Positions 1-9,082 of a stretch of 64,000 nt of DNA are shown piece after piece. Positions within the stretch are counted from its first letter, which is position 1, and each line of letters starts with the position of its first letter. The notes beneath the pieces are model-generated. The model ran no database searches, was not told the origin of the DNA, and was given only the letters and a program-made list of their open reading frames with translations. The position numbers and the translations under genes are program-made. The stretch comes from a virus. The DNA lies in the IMG/VR virus record IMGVR_UViG_3300011432_000001, positions 1 to 64,000 of that record, one strand, 5' to 3'.

Positions 1-2
1 GA

Positions 3-303
3 AATGAAGAGTGGAAGTCCAAGATCGATCTCAATGATCTTGATCTCAAAGACACTGAATATTGCGTTCTCGGTCAGGTTTTTGGTAATTTCTACGATGG
101 ACTTAATGCCATTCAAAACAACAGTTTCTGGTACACTGATAGGTATTCGCACGGGTTCGCTGTAACGTTGGACTATGGCGATATGAGCAACTGGAAAAGG
201 GAAAATAAGAAGTGGAATAATCTAACTGAGGAGTGGCGTAAGCAACTGAGTCCACAAAAAGATCCTTGGTATAGGCGACTGATCAAGATGCTGACGCGCG
301 GTT
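3..303 (+). CDS. hypothetical protein, C-terminal fragment (start lies upstream of window)
   Basis: Open frame 3 from window edge to TAA at 301-303 (..NEEWKSKIDLNDL..WYRRLIKMLTRG*); not in ORF track because no start inside window. Confidence 0.4.
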
Positions 304-320
304 AATAGTTCACATTGTTT

Positions 321-336
321 ACAGTAGGAATACTGT
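321..336. promoter_or_regulatory. perfect inverted repeat ACAGTA-GGAA-TACTGT, candidate operator overlapping a -35-like TTTACA (318-323) and a -10-like TGTAAT (343-348)
   Basis: Palindrome read directly; sits 40-55 nt upstream of the ORF at 376, which has a good RBS. Confidence 0.3.
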
Positions 337-375
337 AGATAGTGTAATCTATTAATCAAATAGAGGAGATTAGAA

Positions 376-771
376 ATGACAGAATCAATTATCACCTGGC
401 AGATTCCTGCAATCGGCAGGGAGACTGCTCAAATGGTGCTCGACCAGATCACCAGTAAGCCTCAAAGCCACAATCAAGGTTTTTGGGAGGAAGGCGAAGG
501 TTGCGGTACCAATCGCTGCGTTGGCGGTTGGGCGCAATTTTTCCACGAGGGCAAGGTTGATTTTTCGGAAGGACAAAACCACGTCGATTTTAAGGCAAGG
601 GAATATCTGGCCATTAACGAGTCAGATTCGTTACAGCTTTTCTGGAATACCAACAATGAACAAGCGGTAGCGGCGCTTGAGTATCTGGCGCGCGGTGAGC
701 AAATCGACTGGGCCGAGGTTTTTGGTAATGATGATGATGATGATGACTATGAGCCGGAAGGTATTGGCTGA
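376..771 (+). CDS. hypothetical protein with poly-Asp C-terminus
   Basis: ORF with strong RBS (agaggagattagaaATG); Cys cluster CGTNRC; DDDDDDYEPEG tail. Confidence 0.6.
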   Translation: MTESIITWQIPAIGRETAQMVLDQITSKPQSHNQGFWEEGEGCGTNRCVGGWAQFFHEGKVDFSEGQNHVDFKAREYLAINESDSLQLFWNTNNEQAVAALEYLARGEQIDWAEVFGNDDDDDDYEPEGIG

Positions 772-834
772 GTAAAGGCTTCATCATGGGTATACGCAAG
801 TGTATCCATGCTAAAACCTTTATAGGGAGATAAA

Positions 835-1185
835 ATGGCATTAGGACTAAATACACTGCGCGCGATACAAAACGGAGTAGACGCGCAAGTACCATTCAAA
901 AATAGTACAAAAAGCATAATCGGGATAAAGTATGATAGCAAGTTTCCGCCCGATATGGGAAGGCTTCCCATGATATACAGAGATATTCTCACTGAGCAAT
1001 GCAAGCGAGGATATGTCCGTTACATCATTTTCTCATACAATACTCCGATTGCTTGGGCTTTGTTCGGTGGCAAGTGGGAGATTCCTGATGTACGCTACAG
1101 TAAGAGCACCACGCATCATCAGAACTCGGTCGGTACAGCGACTCAGAATTTCGATTTCTACAACAAGCTAGGAAATATGCAATAA
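835..1185 (+). CDS. hypothetical protein
   Basis: ORF with RBS agggagataaaATG. Confidence 0.55.
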   Translation: MALGLNTLRAIQNGVDAQVPFKNSTKSIIGIKYDSKFPPDMGRLPMIYRDILTEQCKRGYVRYIIFSYNTPIAWALFGGKWEIPDVRYSKSTTHHQNSVGTATQNFDFYNKLGNMQ

Positions 1186-1310
1186 TCAATCGTGCCGATT
1201 AACATTGATCGGCTGACGTCTTGCTGGCATGCGTACGGCATGAGTCGCAGCTTTACTTAGCGCGGCTGTAGTCGGGGGTCGGTCCGAATCCGATTTAGGA
1301 CGCAATCCTG

Positions 1311-1787
1311 TTGAGCCTCAAGCATTCGGGGCTGAGCATGGAGAATAACGGATCTAAATACATTGATGTTCAAGGAAATGAGAAATCAATGATAATCGAT
1401 AAAAGAATGAAAATGTTCCATGACACAGAGGATCAAAAGTTTACCGGATTGTGGACTTATGACACTGAGCACCCATTGGTGTACAAACTGTCATTGCCAA
1501 AGATTTTAAAGGAATCCCGTGAACTGACTGTGTTTTGGGGCATCGGCCGAAGTTTGGTGAGATCGGCTTTGGATGATCACAAGCTAGGCGGGGTAAATGA
1601 TATCCTGATCATGCCTAGCTTGGGTGGAGTAACGCTGATTTACCTCAGTAACGGGGTCGATGCGGCTATTATAGGAATGGAAACGAGCGAGCTAGCGGAA
1701 TTTCACCGCAGGGCACACAAGCTCATATCTGAGGATGAAGAAATGAATCTCACTATGGATAAACTGATGAGTGAGGTACAGAAATGA
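1311..1787 (+). CDS. hypothetical protein (track start is TTG; ATG at 1338 with upstream GGGG is the likelier start)
   Basis: 158-aa ORF; the next gene overlaps by ATGA. Confidence 0.5.
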   Translation: MSLKHSGLSMENNGSKYIDVQGNEKSMIIDKRMKMFHDTEDQKFTGLWTYDTEHPLVYKLSLPKILKESRELTVFWGIGRSLVRSALDDHKLGGVNDILIMPSLGGVTLIYLSNGVDAAIIGMETSELAEFHRRAHKLISEDEEMNLTMDKLMSEVQK

Positions 1788-2098
1788 ATGAATTCAAAAT
1801 TCCTATGGAATTCAACTTCTACGATATCATGATGCTTTCGCAAATGATTGCTCATGCACGTAGATACGGTGACAATCAGGTTTCTGATTGGGCAGGCGAA
1901 TTTCGTGACAGAATGAACGAAGCGGCCAACCCTGACAAGGGATCGGCAAAACGGACGCTCTTGGAATTGCAGCCGACCATTGAAGGCGAGGCTAAAGAGG
2001 TTCTCAAGGCGGTTGGGGAGCAAACGGCAGTGATGCCAGAGGTCAGGCCAGAAACACCAAAGCCGTCGGTGATTGGCAAGAAGCCTGCGGCTAAGTAA
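1784..2098 (+). CDS. hypothetical protein
   Basis: Start overlaps the upstream stop (ATGAATG coupling). Confidence 0.5.
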   Translation: MNEFKIPMEFNFYDIMMLSQMIAHARRYGDNQVSDWAGEFRDRMNEAANPDKGSAKRTLLELQPTIEGEAKEVLKAVGEQTAVMPEVRPETPKPSVIGKKPAAK

Positions 2099-2354
2099 TG
2101 GGTGGCATTAATGGATTCCGGTTGGCTATGATAGTGGGAATCGTCATGTCATTCGGTTTGGGTATCCCATTCTTGGTGCCCGCGTGGATCTATGGCGAGA
2201 TAGTCTATGCCAAGATAGAAAGCAAGAAGTGACGTAGAGCATATATGGTACATAAGTTCGGAAAGATCTTGAATTTATGTGCCGTATAAGTTTGGCGTTT
2301 AGCCGAACCCATGTTAGAGTAAACGGACAAGGTACAACTACAAAGGAGTGAGAA

Positions 2355-2990
2355 ATGGCAAACGGACTGCTCGATGACCTTATTGACGCTTCCAACACGG
2401 ACGAGAGTCCGGTCGAGGAGTCGACCGAGGTTAGCGACAATGGTGCCGAAGCAACCGTAGAAGAGACTCGCGAAACTGTGCAAGTTTCTTCGCTTGACGA
2501 ACTTCCCGATGGTTACGTCGATGTTCGTACGTTCGCGTATGAACTGTCTAAGGCCAACATTGCGAAGGCTGCGGCGGAAGGCCGAGACTTCGGAGTTGAC
2601 GACATGGTCGATACCCAGGCTGTTTATGCAGCTACCCGCAACAAGCGTTGGTCTTTGCCTTCGCTTGACGCTGTGGATTCCGAGGGCACAAAGCTCGGAG
2701 TGGTAATCCCACTGGCCGAGGGTTTGGCCGCTTGGGAGAACCGGCCGGAGCGCGGGACGGGTACCGGCGGAAGTGCGATGACTCCGGAGCGACGGGCGAC
2801 CCGTATCCTTCGTGCTGGCAAGGCCCTGGATCGTCAGGCCTACTGGGACGCGCGGGTCAAGCGCTACGGTGAGCTCTTGGAAGCTGTTGGGGCTACCTGG
2901 GATGACGCCAAGGCCGCATTCGAGGCGTGGGCGGAGTCAGAAGAGGGTAAAAGAGCAATCAAGGATGACAAAGACTCGGATGGCGAGTAA
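2355..2990 (+). CDS. hypothetical acidic protein in a GC-rich island
   Basis: Strong RBS aaaggagtgagaaATG; noticeably GC-richer codon usage than its neighbours; followed by a terminator. Confidence 0.6.
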   Translation: MANGLLDDLIDASNTDESPVEESTEVSDNGAEATVEETRETVQVSSLDELPDGYVDVRTFAYELSKANIAKAAAEGRDFGVDDMVDTQAVYAATRNKRWSLPSLDAVDSEGTKLGVVIPLAEGLAAWENRPERGTGTGGSAMTPERRATRILRAGKALDRQAYWDARVKRYGELLEAVGATWDDAKAAFEAWAESEEGKRAIKDDKDSDGE

Positions 2991-3005
2991 GTCATAGATT
3001 GGCAA

Positions 3006-3031
3006 GGGGCTTCGGCCCCTTACCTTTCTAG
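3006..3031 (+). terminator. Rho-independent terminator (AAGGGGC-TTCG-GCCCCTT then CTTTCT)
   Basis: 7-bp GC stem with a TTCG tetraloop immediately after the stop at 2990. Confidence 0.5.
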
Positions 3032-3366
3032 GATTTATTGGTTAGATCGCAATAACTCCAAAAGCTCAGCAACCCCTATAATATCGACTAAGTTACGGAG
3101 TCATGACCGTGGCCGAATGCGATAGGGAATTCATGACTCCTTATATTCCACATGTGGTATTTGCCTAATGGGAATGAAGGGGGTTGCTGCTTAATGGTTG
3201 ATTCTAGATAAACTGGTGTGGGACTGCACCTTGATTCCGGGCTAGCCACGGATAAAGGACCTAACACCAAATGATGCTGGCCGACGAGCTAGAGCTGTTG
3301 GGGGATTGGGGAATATTCTAGACCCTATAAGAACCGCGACGCATTTGAAGAGAAAAGGACGGGATT

Positions 3367-3396
3367 AGCTTCCTAGGAAGCTTTTCTCGTTTTCTG
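3367..3396 (+). terminator. 16-bp perfect palindrome AGCTTCCTAGGAAGCT followed by TTTCTCGTTTTCT
   Basis: Hairpin plus T-rich tail inside a 560-nt ORF-free spacer. Confidence 0.45.
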
Positions 3397-3567
3397 TGGG
3401 GATAAAATAGAGATCGCGAATCTTACAAAATCCCACAAGGGTAGTCAGGCTCAGTTTGTGTGCGAATAGACCTGACACCCGGGGATGACGGCACACCGTT
3501 CATTCCCACCAATGTCAGAATCCTGCCCAACTTTCAGAAACGTATCTAGATATAGTTAGGTATAGAG

Positions 3568-3771
3568 ATGTTCAAAGTAAGTGAAGAAGTGTACGGTATT
3601 AAGTTCATGTATTCAAGCAACGATAACAAAACTCATCTAATGGTTCTTCGAACCAAGAATATAGGTTATGAGTCCTATTGTCGTGCCGTCTCCATTCCGA
3701 AATGGACGCTTACAGGTAGCACAGAAGTTACCTGTCCCAAATGCAAAAAGGCGATGGTTGAAAGTGAATAA
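3568..3771 (+). CDS. small Cys-containing (CPKCKK) protein
   Basis: ORF; RBS-like taggtatagagATG. Confidence 0.45.
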   Translation: MFKVSEEVYGIKFMYSSNDNKTHLMVLRTKNIGYESYCRAVSIPKWTLTGSTEVTCPKCKKAMVESE

Positions 3772-3922
3772 AATTTTTGAACTCAGGTTGCGCGGTAGCA
3801 TGTACAAGGAAATAAGTGATGAACTTGGAATAGACATAGAAACAGTACGTGAAGTTATTGAGGTGGAAATTCAAAGATTGGAAAGAGAAAATGTATCTAG
3901 TGACAGTGAAACTGCCGAGTGA
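3668..3922 (+). CDS. small HTH DNA-binding protein (sigma-70 region-4/LuxR-like helix-turn-helix); real start probably a GTG near 3764
   Basis: Motif LRLRGSMYKEISDELGIDIETVREVIE is a typical region-4 HTH; the 5' part overlaps the previous ORF in another frame. Confidence 0.45.
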   Translation: MSPIVVPSPFRNGRLQVAQKLPVPNAKRRWLKVNKIFELRLRGSMYKEISDELGIDIETVREVIEVEIQRLERENVSSDSETAE

Positions 3923-4097
3923 TCTTAATCATGACCCACACAATAAAGTAACAGGTAAGTGTCCAGTACCGTTTAATTTCGAGTGTACTGATGTGACTGG
4001 TCAGCATCACACTTTTCTTTCCACAGTGAATTCTAAGCAAGATGTTATAGACAATTGGGGTAATGAATTCCACATCACTAGGATAGAGGAAGTATGA
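3849..4097 (+). CDS. hypothetical protein (likely start ATG at about 3891, after aaagagaaa)
   Basis: ORF. Confidence 0.4.
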   Translation: MKLLRWKFKDWKEKMYLVTVKLPSDLNHDPHNKVTGKCPVPFNFECTDVTGQHHTFLSTVNSKQDVIDNWGNEFHITRIEEV

Positions 4098-4291
4098 TGG
4101 TTAAACACATAGATGGCGTTATCTATGGTGACGTTGTTTATGACGAAAGAGGAGATAGATATTATTTCCTGTGTGAGTGGTGCGAAACTGGTATTCACGG
4201 AGGACCCAATAGTGAGAGCTTTGTTATCATCAAAGCAGACCAGCACGAACAAGAATGCACGGCCAAACCAAATAATAAAACGGACACGTAG
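4094..4291 (+). CDS. hypothetical small Cys/His protein
   Basis: RBS ggatagaggaagtATGATG; CEWCE..H motif. Confidence 0.5.
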   Translation: MMVKHIDGVIYGDVVYDERGDRYYFLCEWCETGIHGGPNSESFVIIKADQHEQECTAKPNNKTDT

Positions 4292-4345
4292 ATGTGACGG
4301 GCGAGGTCAAAAATACGCTGATAATAGGGCACAGCCTGATGGCTA

Positions 4346-4621
4346 GTGCCCTTTAGTCATGGAGATACAATGCCAACACTAAATAAGGGTAGTAGGACAG
4401 AATTTCCCAAGGGTGGACTGTACGCTGAGGGTAGGATGAAAGCTGGCCTCACTATTAGTAATGGTGGGGTAGCCGATGCCACTTTGGGAGTAGCATTTGA
4501 GAGGGCTGGCCATGAATTCCGTAGAGAATTCGGCCGCTGGCCGGACTGGGAAAAGATCTTATTTCGCGGATCTTTCGTTACGGGTGGCGCAGTGGTTGAA
4601 ATCTGTGAGCCACAGGATTAG
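4346..4621 (+). CDS. hypothetical protein
   Basis: ORF. Confidence 0.5.
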   Translation: MPFSHGDTMPTLNKGSRTEFPKGGLYAEGRMKAGLTISNGGVADATLGVAFERAGHEFRREFGRWPDWEKILFRGSFVTGGAVVEICEPQD

Positions 4622-4667
4622 ATCGCGAAAATCGAGGAATTCCCTAGGTGATACATAAACATCATTC

Positions 4668-4964
4668 ATGAATAAATTCATGGGTGGTGTTGGTCTATTA
4701 ATAGGGGAGTATAAAATGAAACTAGTCAGTGAACGTAAGCTAGCCGTACTGTGTGATGGTAATATCGATGACCACTCCACACTCAATGCCTGGTCAGAGC
4801 TTATGTCATCATTTGTTTCGCATTACTATAGACATGATGGTAAAACAGAAACCAAGGTCGAGATGATCATTGATGGAAACTCTCTTAACCCGGTATTACG
4901 TACCTATTCCAATCTGCTATCAACTCTACAGAAAGAGGAAGTCGATGGATCGGTTCAACCCTGA
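4668..4964 (+). CDS. hypothetical protein
   Basis: ORF; the 3' end overlaps the next ORF. Confidence 0.4.
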   Translation: MNKFMGGVGLLIGEYKMKLVSERKLAVLCDGNIDDHSTLNAWSELMSSFVSHYYRHDGKTETKVEMIIDGNSLNPVLRTYSNLLSTLQKEEVDGSVQP

Positions 4965-5331
4965 GGATAACGGTACTGATTTCAGAACTCATTACTATGG
5001 GGATTCCTGTCCAGGCGGACACGGACAATTTGTGGTCAATAATGATCCTGATTTTGAAGGGTTAATCTACCAGGATGATGGAGCTAACAGACTGATCGCA
5101 GAAGTTAATGCGGCCCGACGAGACATGATGGATTTCTACCTGGTACAGGATGACAACCAGAGTGGACTATTCATTTCTGCAATCATATTCGAGGAGTCAG
5201 CAGAAGACGCAATTTTCTTTGTATTGAAAGAATACAGAGAGATTCTTGGTCCCAGGCCTAGAATGTTTGCACAGAGGCTGCATCTCACTCGCCAATTAGG
5301 TAGCCATTATCTAGTGAAGAAGAAAGGATAA
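4870..5331 (+). CDS. hypothetical protein (probable true start ATG at about 4945 after agaaagaggaag)
   Basis: Strong internal RBS; the track start would overlap the upstream gene by 95 nt. Confidence 0.5.
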   Translation: MMETLLTRYYVPIPICYQLYRKRKSMDRFNPEDNGTDFRTHYYGDSCPGGHGQFVVNNDPDFEGLIYQDDGANRLIAEVNAARRDMMDFYLVQDDNQSGLFISAIIFEESAEDAIFFVLKEYREILGPRPRMFAQRLHLTRQLGSHYLVKKKG

Positions 5332-5613
5332 TTGATGAACATATTCAGTAAAATACTTAATAGCTTCTTCGGTAAAGTACCAGAAGAGACAAGGCCAAGA
5401 TATGGCAGAGTAATTAGGTATGATGGCTCTTATGAACCAGTCGTTTTCCACCCCACAGTGGAAGACCCAAAAATTTTCAGGGCTAAGCTGGTTGGAACAA
5501 ATGAGGATTTAAAAGCCGCATCTGGAGACATGGTGAAGATTGACGTTCTAGGTCCTGGGCAGGCGGTAACCTGGATAATGCGTGGAGATAGTCCAAGTGA
5601 TTATGATGGATGA
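5332..5613 (+). CDS. hypothetical protein
   Basis: RBS gaagaaaggataattgATG. Confidence 0.5.
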   Translation: MMNIFSKILNSFFGKVPEETRPRYGRVIRYDGSYEPVVFHPTVEDPKIFRAKLVGTNEDLKAASGDMVKIDVLGPGQAVTWIMRGDSPSDYDG

Positions 5614-5815
5614 CGGATCCGAGATTTACAGATGCGGACGCTGCAATAAGGCATCAGGTGTGCAAGGTCATTGGACATCCATTTGTAGTGTTCTGTTAAG
5701 ACAAAGAGGTAGTGACCCTTTCAAGGCAAAGACTGATTTTCATTTCTGTTGTCCTCAAGACTGTGCATTGTATCCAGAAGGTGTAATTACTATGGTCGGT
5801 GGTGATTATGTGTAG
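5582..5815 (+). CDS. hypothetical Cys-rich small protein (CGRC..C..CC..C)
   Basis: ORF. Confidence 0.4.
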   Translation: MEIVQVIMMDDGSEIYRCGRCNKASGVQGHWTSICSVLLRQRGSDPFKAKTDFHFCCPQDCALYPEGVITMVGGDYV

Positions 5816-5990
5816 TGTATGTGCACGAGGTTACGTGCAAGGGCCTGATGATGTTCACAATCTTCTTTATTGTATGATAATGGAGGGCAGGATCGGAGTT
5901 TATCAAGGCAAGTACACACTGATCGGAGAACAGTATGATTCGGACGGGCAACCGCAAGAACGCAGGGTCAAGACGAAACAAGAGGCTTAA
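5799..5990 (+). CDS. hypothetical small protein
   Basis: ORF. Confidence 0.35.
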   Translation: MVIMCSVCARGYVQGPDDVHNLLYCMIMEGRIGVYQGKYTLIGEQYDSDGQPQERRVKTKQEA

Positions 5991-6234
5991 GCTTCATAAA
6001 ACTACGAACAAAGAACTATGTGGCAGAGCCACATCTTATCAAAGCCATCAATGGCTTGCCGATATGGTGACAAATCACGAAGCACGATTCGTAGATATCT
6101 CTACCTTGTTTCCTACTGGACCACGTAATCTAAGGAAATGGCAAGGCGACGAAGCTGCACGGCGCGCGGCTGGTGTGAATATTCAGACTGTAGGGCAACC
6201 TTATTGGCCAAAAGACGAGAATATCATCTTGTGA
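5935..6234 (+). CDS. hypothetical basic protein
   Basis: ORF; Lys/Arg-rich N-terminus. Confidence 0.4.
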   Translation: MIRTGNRKNAGSRRNKRLKLHKTTNKELCGRATSYQSHQWLADMVTNHEARFVDISTLFPTGPRNLRKWQGDEAARRAAGVNIQTVGQPYWPKDENIIL

Positions 6235-6247
6235 GGTAGAAACAATA

Positions 6248-6436
6248 ATGGGTGTACAGAAGAATGTAAGCCACGATGAATTTCCAGAACAAGGTATGAA
6301 TTTTGGTAAACGATGTGAAGTTGTATTCAACTATGATCTTCGCAACATTTTGATGGGTACTATTGTCGGAGATGATAGAGAAGATCCGTACATCACAATA
6401 ATTCGTCTGAACGACGGACGGTACGTAATGGCATAA
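6248..6436 (+). CDS. hypothetical protein
   Basis: RBS gaggtagaaacaataATG. Confidence 0.45.
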   Translation: MGVQKNVSHDEFPEQGMNFGKRCEVVFNYDLRNILMGTIVGDDREDPYITIIRLNDGRYVMA

Positions 6437-6438
6437 GA

Positions 6439-7464
6439 ATGCCAATATTCTCCGGAGTCATAAATGTACGAAAATCCAAAGTTATAAGGATTGAAAGTTG
6501 TGAGCGGAGTTTCTGTATGGGAACTCCAATCGGAGCGTTCAATTCGGAACGTCCATATAGAATAGAGAAAATAGTGCTTTGGCTGATCTTTTTGATCGTC
6601 CTTTCGATAGTGGTCATCATTCTAGGATTCGCTGTCGCGCAAAGGAATGAGAATGAGACATATCCAGTCCAAGGATTGGTGACGGTTCTCATTCTCATGC
6701 CTGTTTTGTGGTTGGCATTCTCGTTTACTGCGGTAGACGCCAACTCTCAGGAAGTAAGAACTTCATTCGGAAAACCGACTGGAGTCATTGGCAACGGTCC
6801 ACATCTTGTTGCTCCATGGAGCACAGGAACGCCATTCTCCAGCGCAAGACAGTTCATCGTGTTTAAGGACAAACCAGGTGAGAATGAGCAACCACGAATT
6901 GCCTCCCGTCTTGCTGGCCAGGCTACTGCTGATGTCGAAGGTGTTGTTAGCTATACTCAGCCTTCATCTAAGGTGATCGAGCTGTTCAGAAGCTGGAAGA
7001 CTGAGGATCGCATTCGCAATCTTTTAGTTTTCCAAGAAGCTAAAGGTGCTTTGCAAGAAGCACTAGGTACGTTCGACCCTCTGGCCGAAGATAAGCAGAA
7101 GGAAGATGTTTACTCTTTCTACGGCGCAGAGGCAACCAATAAATTGAACGCAAGACTTGGTGGTCTGCTCGAAGGAGTTAAGATCACCATTGGCTTCATC
7201 GATTACGATACTGGTACCGATTCCAAGTTGGCAGAGCTTCAGGCTGCCCGCGCGGAAACTAAGGTTGCCACGCAGAAACTTCTGACTGCGGAGCAACTTG
7301 CATTGGCGAACGAGCGTATCTCCAGGTCGCTTTCTAGTGATCCTGTTGTGGCGTTCTATCAGTGTACAGCGATGTGGACTGAGGTTGTTGCCAAGATGAA
7401 TCCTGTACCTGCCAACTTCAGTATCTCTGGTATCTGTGCTAATACCATCGGCGCAGTGAGGTAA
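6439..7464 (+). CDS. membrane-anchored SPFH/band-7 (prohibitin/HflK-like) domain protein
   Basis: N-terminal TM helix LWLIFLIVLSIVVIILGFAVA followed by an SPFH-like domain with an Ala/Gln/Glu-rich coiled-coil tail (AELQAARAETKVATQKLLTAEQLALANERI). Confidence 0.5.
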   Translation: MPIFSGVINVRKSKVIRIESCERSFCMGTPIGAFNSERPYRIEKIVLWLIFLIVLSIVVIILGFAVAQRNENETYPVQGLVTVLILMPVLWLAFSFTAVDANSQEVRTSFGKPTGVIGNGPHLVAPWSTGTPFSSARQFIVFKDKPGENEQPRIASRLAGQATADVEGVVSYTQPSSKVIELFRSWKTEDRIRNLLVFQEAKGALQEALGTFDPLAEDKQKEDVYSFYGAEATNKLNARLGGLLEGVKITIGFIDYDTGTDSKLAELQAARAETKVATQKLLTAEQLALANERISRSLSSDPVVAFYQCTAMWTEVVAKMNPVPANFSISGICANTIGAVR

Positions 7465-7472
7465 CTGAGTAG

Positions 7473-7931
7473 TTGGAATCATACACAGTTCACACTGTGT
7501 ATGGTTCGATCTACTTAGGAGGAATGATGTATCCAGAACTGGAAAAGATGGCTAGTGCCAAACAAGCTTCACATATCATCGGTGAATTTATGGAGTGGAT
7601 TGGTGAGCAAGGATATGTGATTGCTCAGCTAGATGAACCATCCGTATTAGATCCTAATCCACAACAGCTAATACCAGTTTGCAAGTCAATCAACGACTTG
7701 CTTGCGCAGTACTTCGATATCGATCTGAACAAGGTCCAGCAGGAGAAGCGTCAGATTCTTGACGATATCCGCAACGAAAGAATAGAAAATACTTTCGTAA
7801 GACATCAAATGCTTAAGGAAGCCCAAGCTTCTGTAAGTATGGATCGTGAAGGCGATGGACAGACCAACGCGCTCGGTCCAGTCACAGTAGGAGAGAAAAT
7901 TGAGACTGATAAACAAGATCCGATCCAGTAG
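7473..7931 (+). CDS. hypothetical protein (likely start at 7527, cttaggaggaATGATG)
   Basis: Very strong internal SD. Confidence 0.5.
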   Translation: MESYTVHTVYGSIYLGGMMYPELEKMASAKQASHIIGEFMEWIGEQGYVIAQLDEPSVLDPNPQQLIPVCKSINDLLAQYFDIDLNKVQQEKRQILDDIRNERIENTFVRHQMLKEAQASVSMDREGDGQTNALGPVTVGEKIETDKQDPIQ

Positions 7932-8133
7932 GAACCTATACAACATTGGCTACTGGAGCATTATAGTAATAGCTGGTGTAGTATCCTTCCTCTTGGGACT
8001 CAACAGCGTCGTCGGATATGTAGTGTTGATAGTCAGTGTGATTGTAAGCTTGATTGGTTACATTTACATTTTCTTTCGTCCGATGTCATGGCCAGAAGAA
8101 GACAAAAGGAAAGAAGGACTAAATGACCTATAG
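7900..8133 (+). CDS. small two-TM membrane protein
   Basis: Two hydrophobic helices. Confidence 0.45.
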   Translation: MRLINKIRSSRNLYNIGYWSIIVIAGVVSFLLGLNSVVGYVVLIVSVIVSLIGYIYIFFRPMSWPEEDKRKEGLNDL

Positions 8134-8425
8134 TAGCGTGCTACCACAGGTGTTTTCCTACGTTGCTTTTGTTACACAAGAGCAAGCCATAGAGGCAACG
8201 TTGGCGCTGATGAACAAGGATCGTACAGACGTACCTGACGGTTCGAGCTTTGCCTTGACCGTTGATGGATACGGCGACGGTGTGAACCACTATTGGAAGC
8301 TTTGGCTTTCAGAAGCTAGCCACTGGTTCATCAATGACTGTGTCAAGGAAGGTATGTGGAAGCACACGTACACTCAGGGCATGGTGCAGAAAGTTCGTGA
8401 GACTCCTATCAAATGGCAAACATGA
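8123..8425 (+). CDS. hypothetical protein
   Basis: RBS aggaaagaaggactaaATG. Confidence 0.5.
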   Translation: MTYSSVLPQVFSYVAFVTQEQAIEATLALMNKDRTDVPDGSSFALTVDGYGDGVNHYWKLWLSEASHWFINDCVKEGMWKHTYTQGMVQKVRETPIKWQT

Positions 8426-8669
8426 CATGGACGTTTTCGCAATTACATGTCAGAAGCACATCTGCTATGTGGAGTCAAGTGGCGATGGCTATCCAATGTG
8501 TCCTAAGGGACATGCTAGACCCATTGCCGAGAAGTGTTCACGCACTGATTGGCATATCTTCCAGTCAGATAATCACATGGTTGAATTGACTGAGAGCGTG
8601 CGTAATGCCGTTCATGATCTTAACGGCATAGTGAACAGGTTGAACAACCGAATAAGGCCAACTGTTTAG
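8334..8669 (+). CDS. hypothetical Cys/His-rich protein (probable start at about 8422)
   Basis: C..C...CPKGH..C pattern. Confidence 0.4.
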   Translation: MTVSRKVCGSTRTLRAWCRKFVRLLSNGKHDMDVFAITCQKHICYVESSGDGYPMCPKGHARPIAEKCSRTDWHIFQSDNHMVELTESVRNAVHDLNGIVNRLNNRIRPTV

Positions 8670-8729
8670 GCTTCATCAGACGCATATCCAACGGGGGTAT
8701 GCGTCTGCTAAAGTTTAAAAGGAGGAAAT

Positions 8730-9023
8730 ATGACGTACAAGGTGGATAGATCCTTGGGAGGAATTTATTCTAGTCAACTATCTACACAAGATGTAAAGTC
8801 GTCACCTATGTTAAGAGGAAGAGCCAAGGGTGGCCCAAAAGATAACATTATCCTTGAAGCATCATATTCTTGGGATGGTATTGTCAATCACTATATAGAA
8901 TCCAGAAGGACTAAAATTTATGGTCCTTATCCTGGTAGATATACTTGGAATGGTAAGACATGGGTATGGAGAGAGGATGAGGATGGCAATAAACTCAATA
9001 AAGAAGCCCAAGATCAGAGTTAA
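8730..9023 (+). CDS. hypothetical protein
   Basis: RBS aaaggaggaaatATG. Confidence 0.5.
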   Translation: MTYKVDRSLGGIYSSQLSTQDVKSSPMLRGRAKGGPKDNIILEASYSWDGIVNHYIESRRTKIYGPYPGRYTWNGKTWVWREDEDGNKLNKEAQDQS

Positions 9024-9082
9024 AACAACTCTTGAGTGGATTCACAATGAGATAGTACTTATCGCTCAAGACATGGCCAAGC

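Noticed and set aside
3088-3270. 60-aa minus-strand ORF in the structured spacer
   Set aside because: No RBS. It overlaps nested inverted repeats. It is probably a chance ORF.
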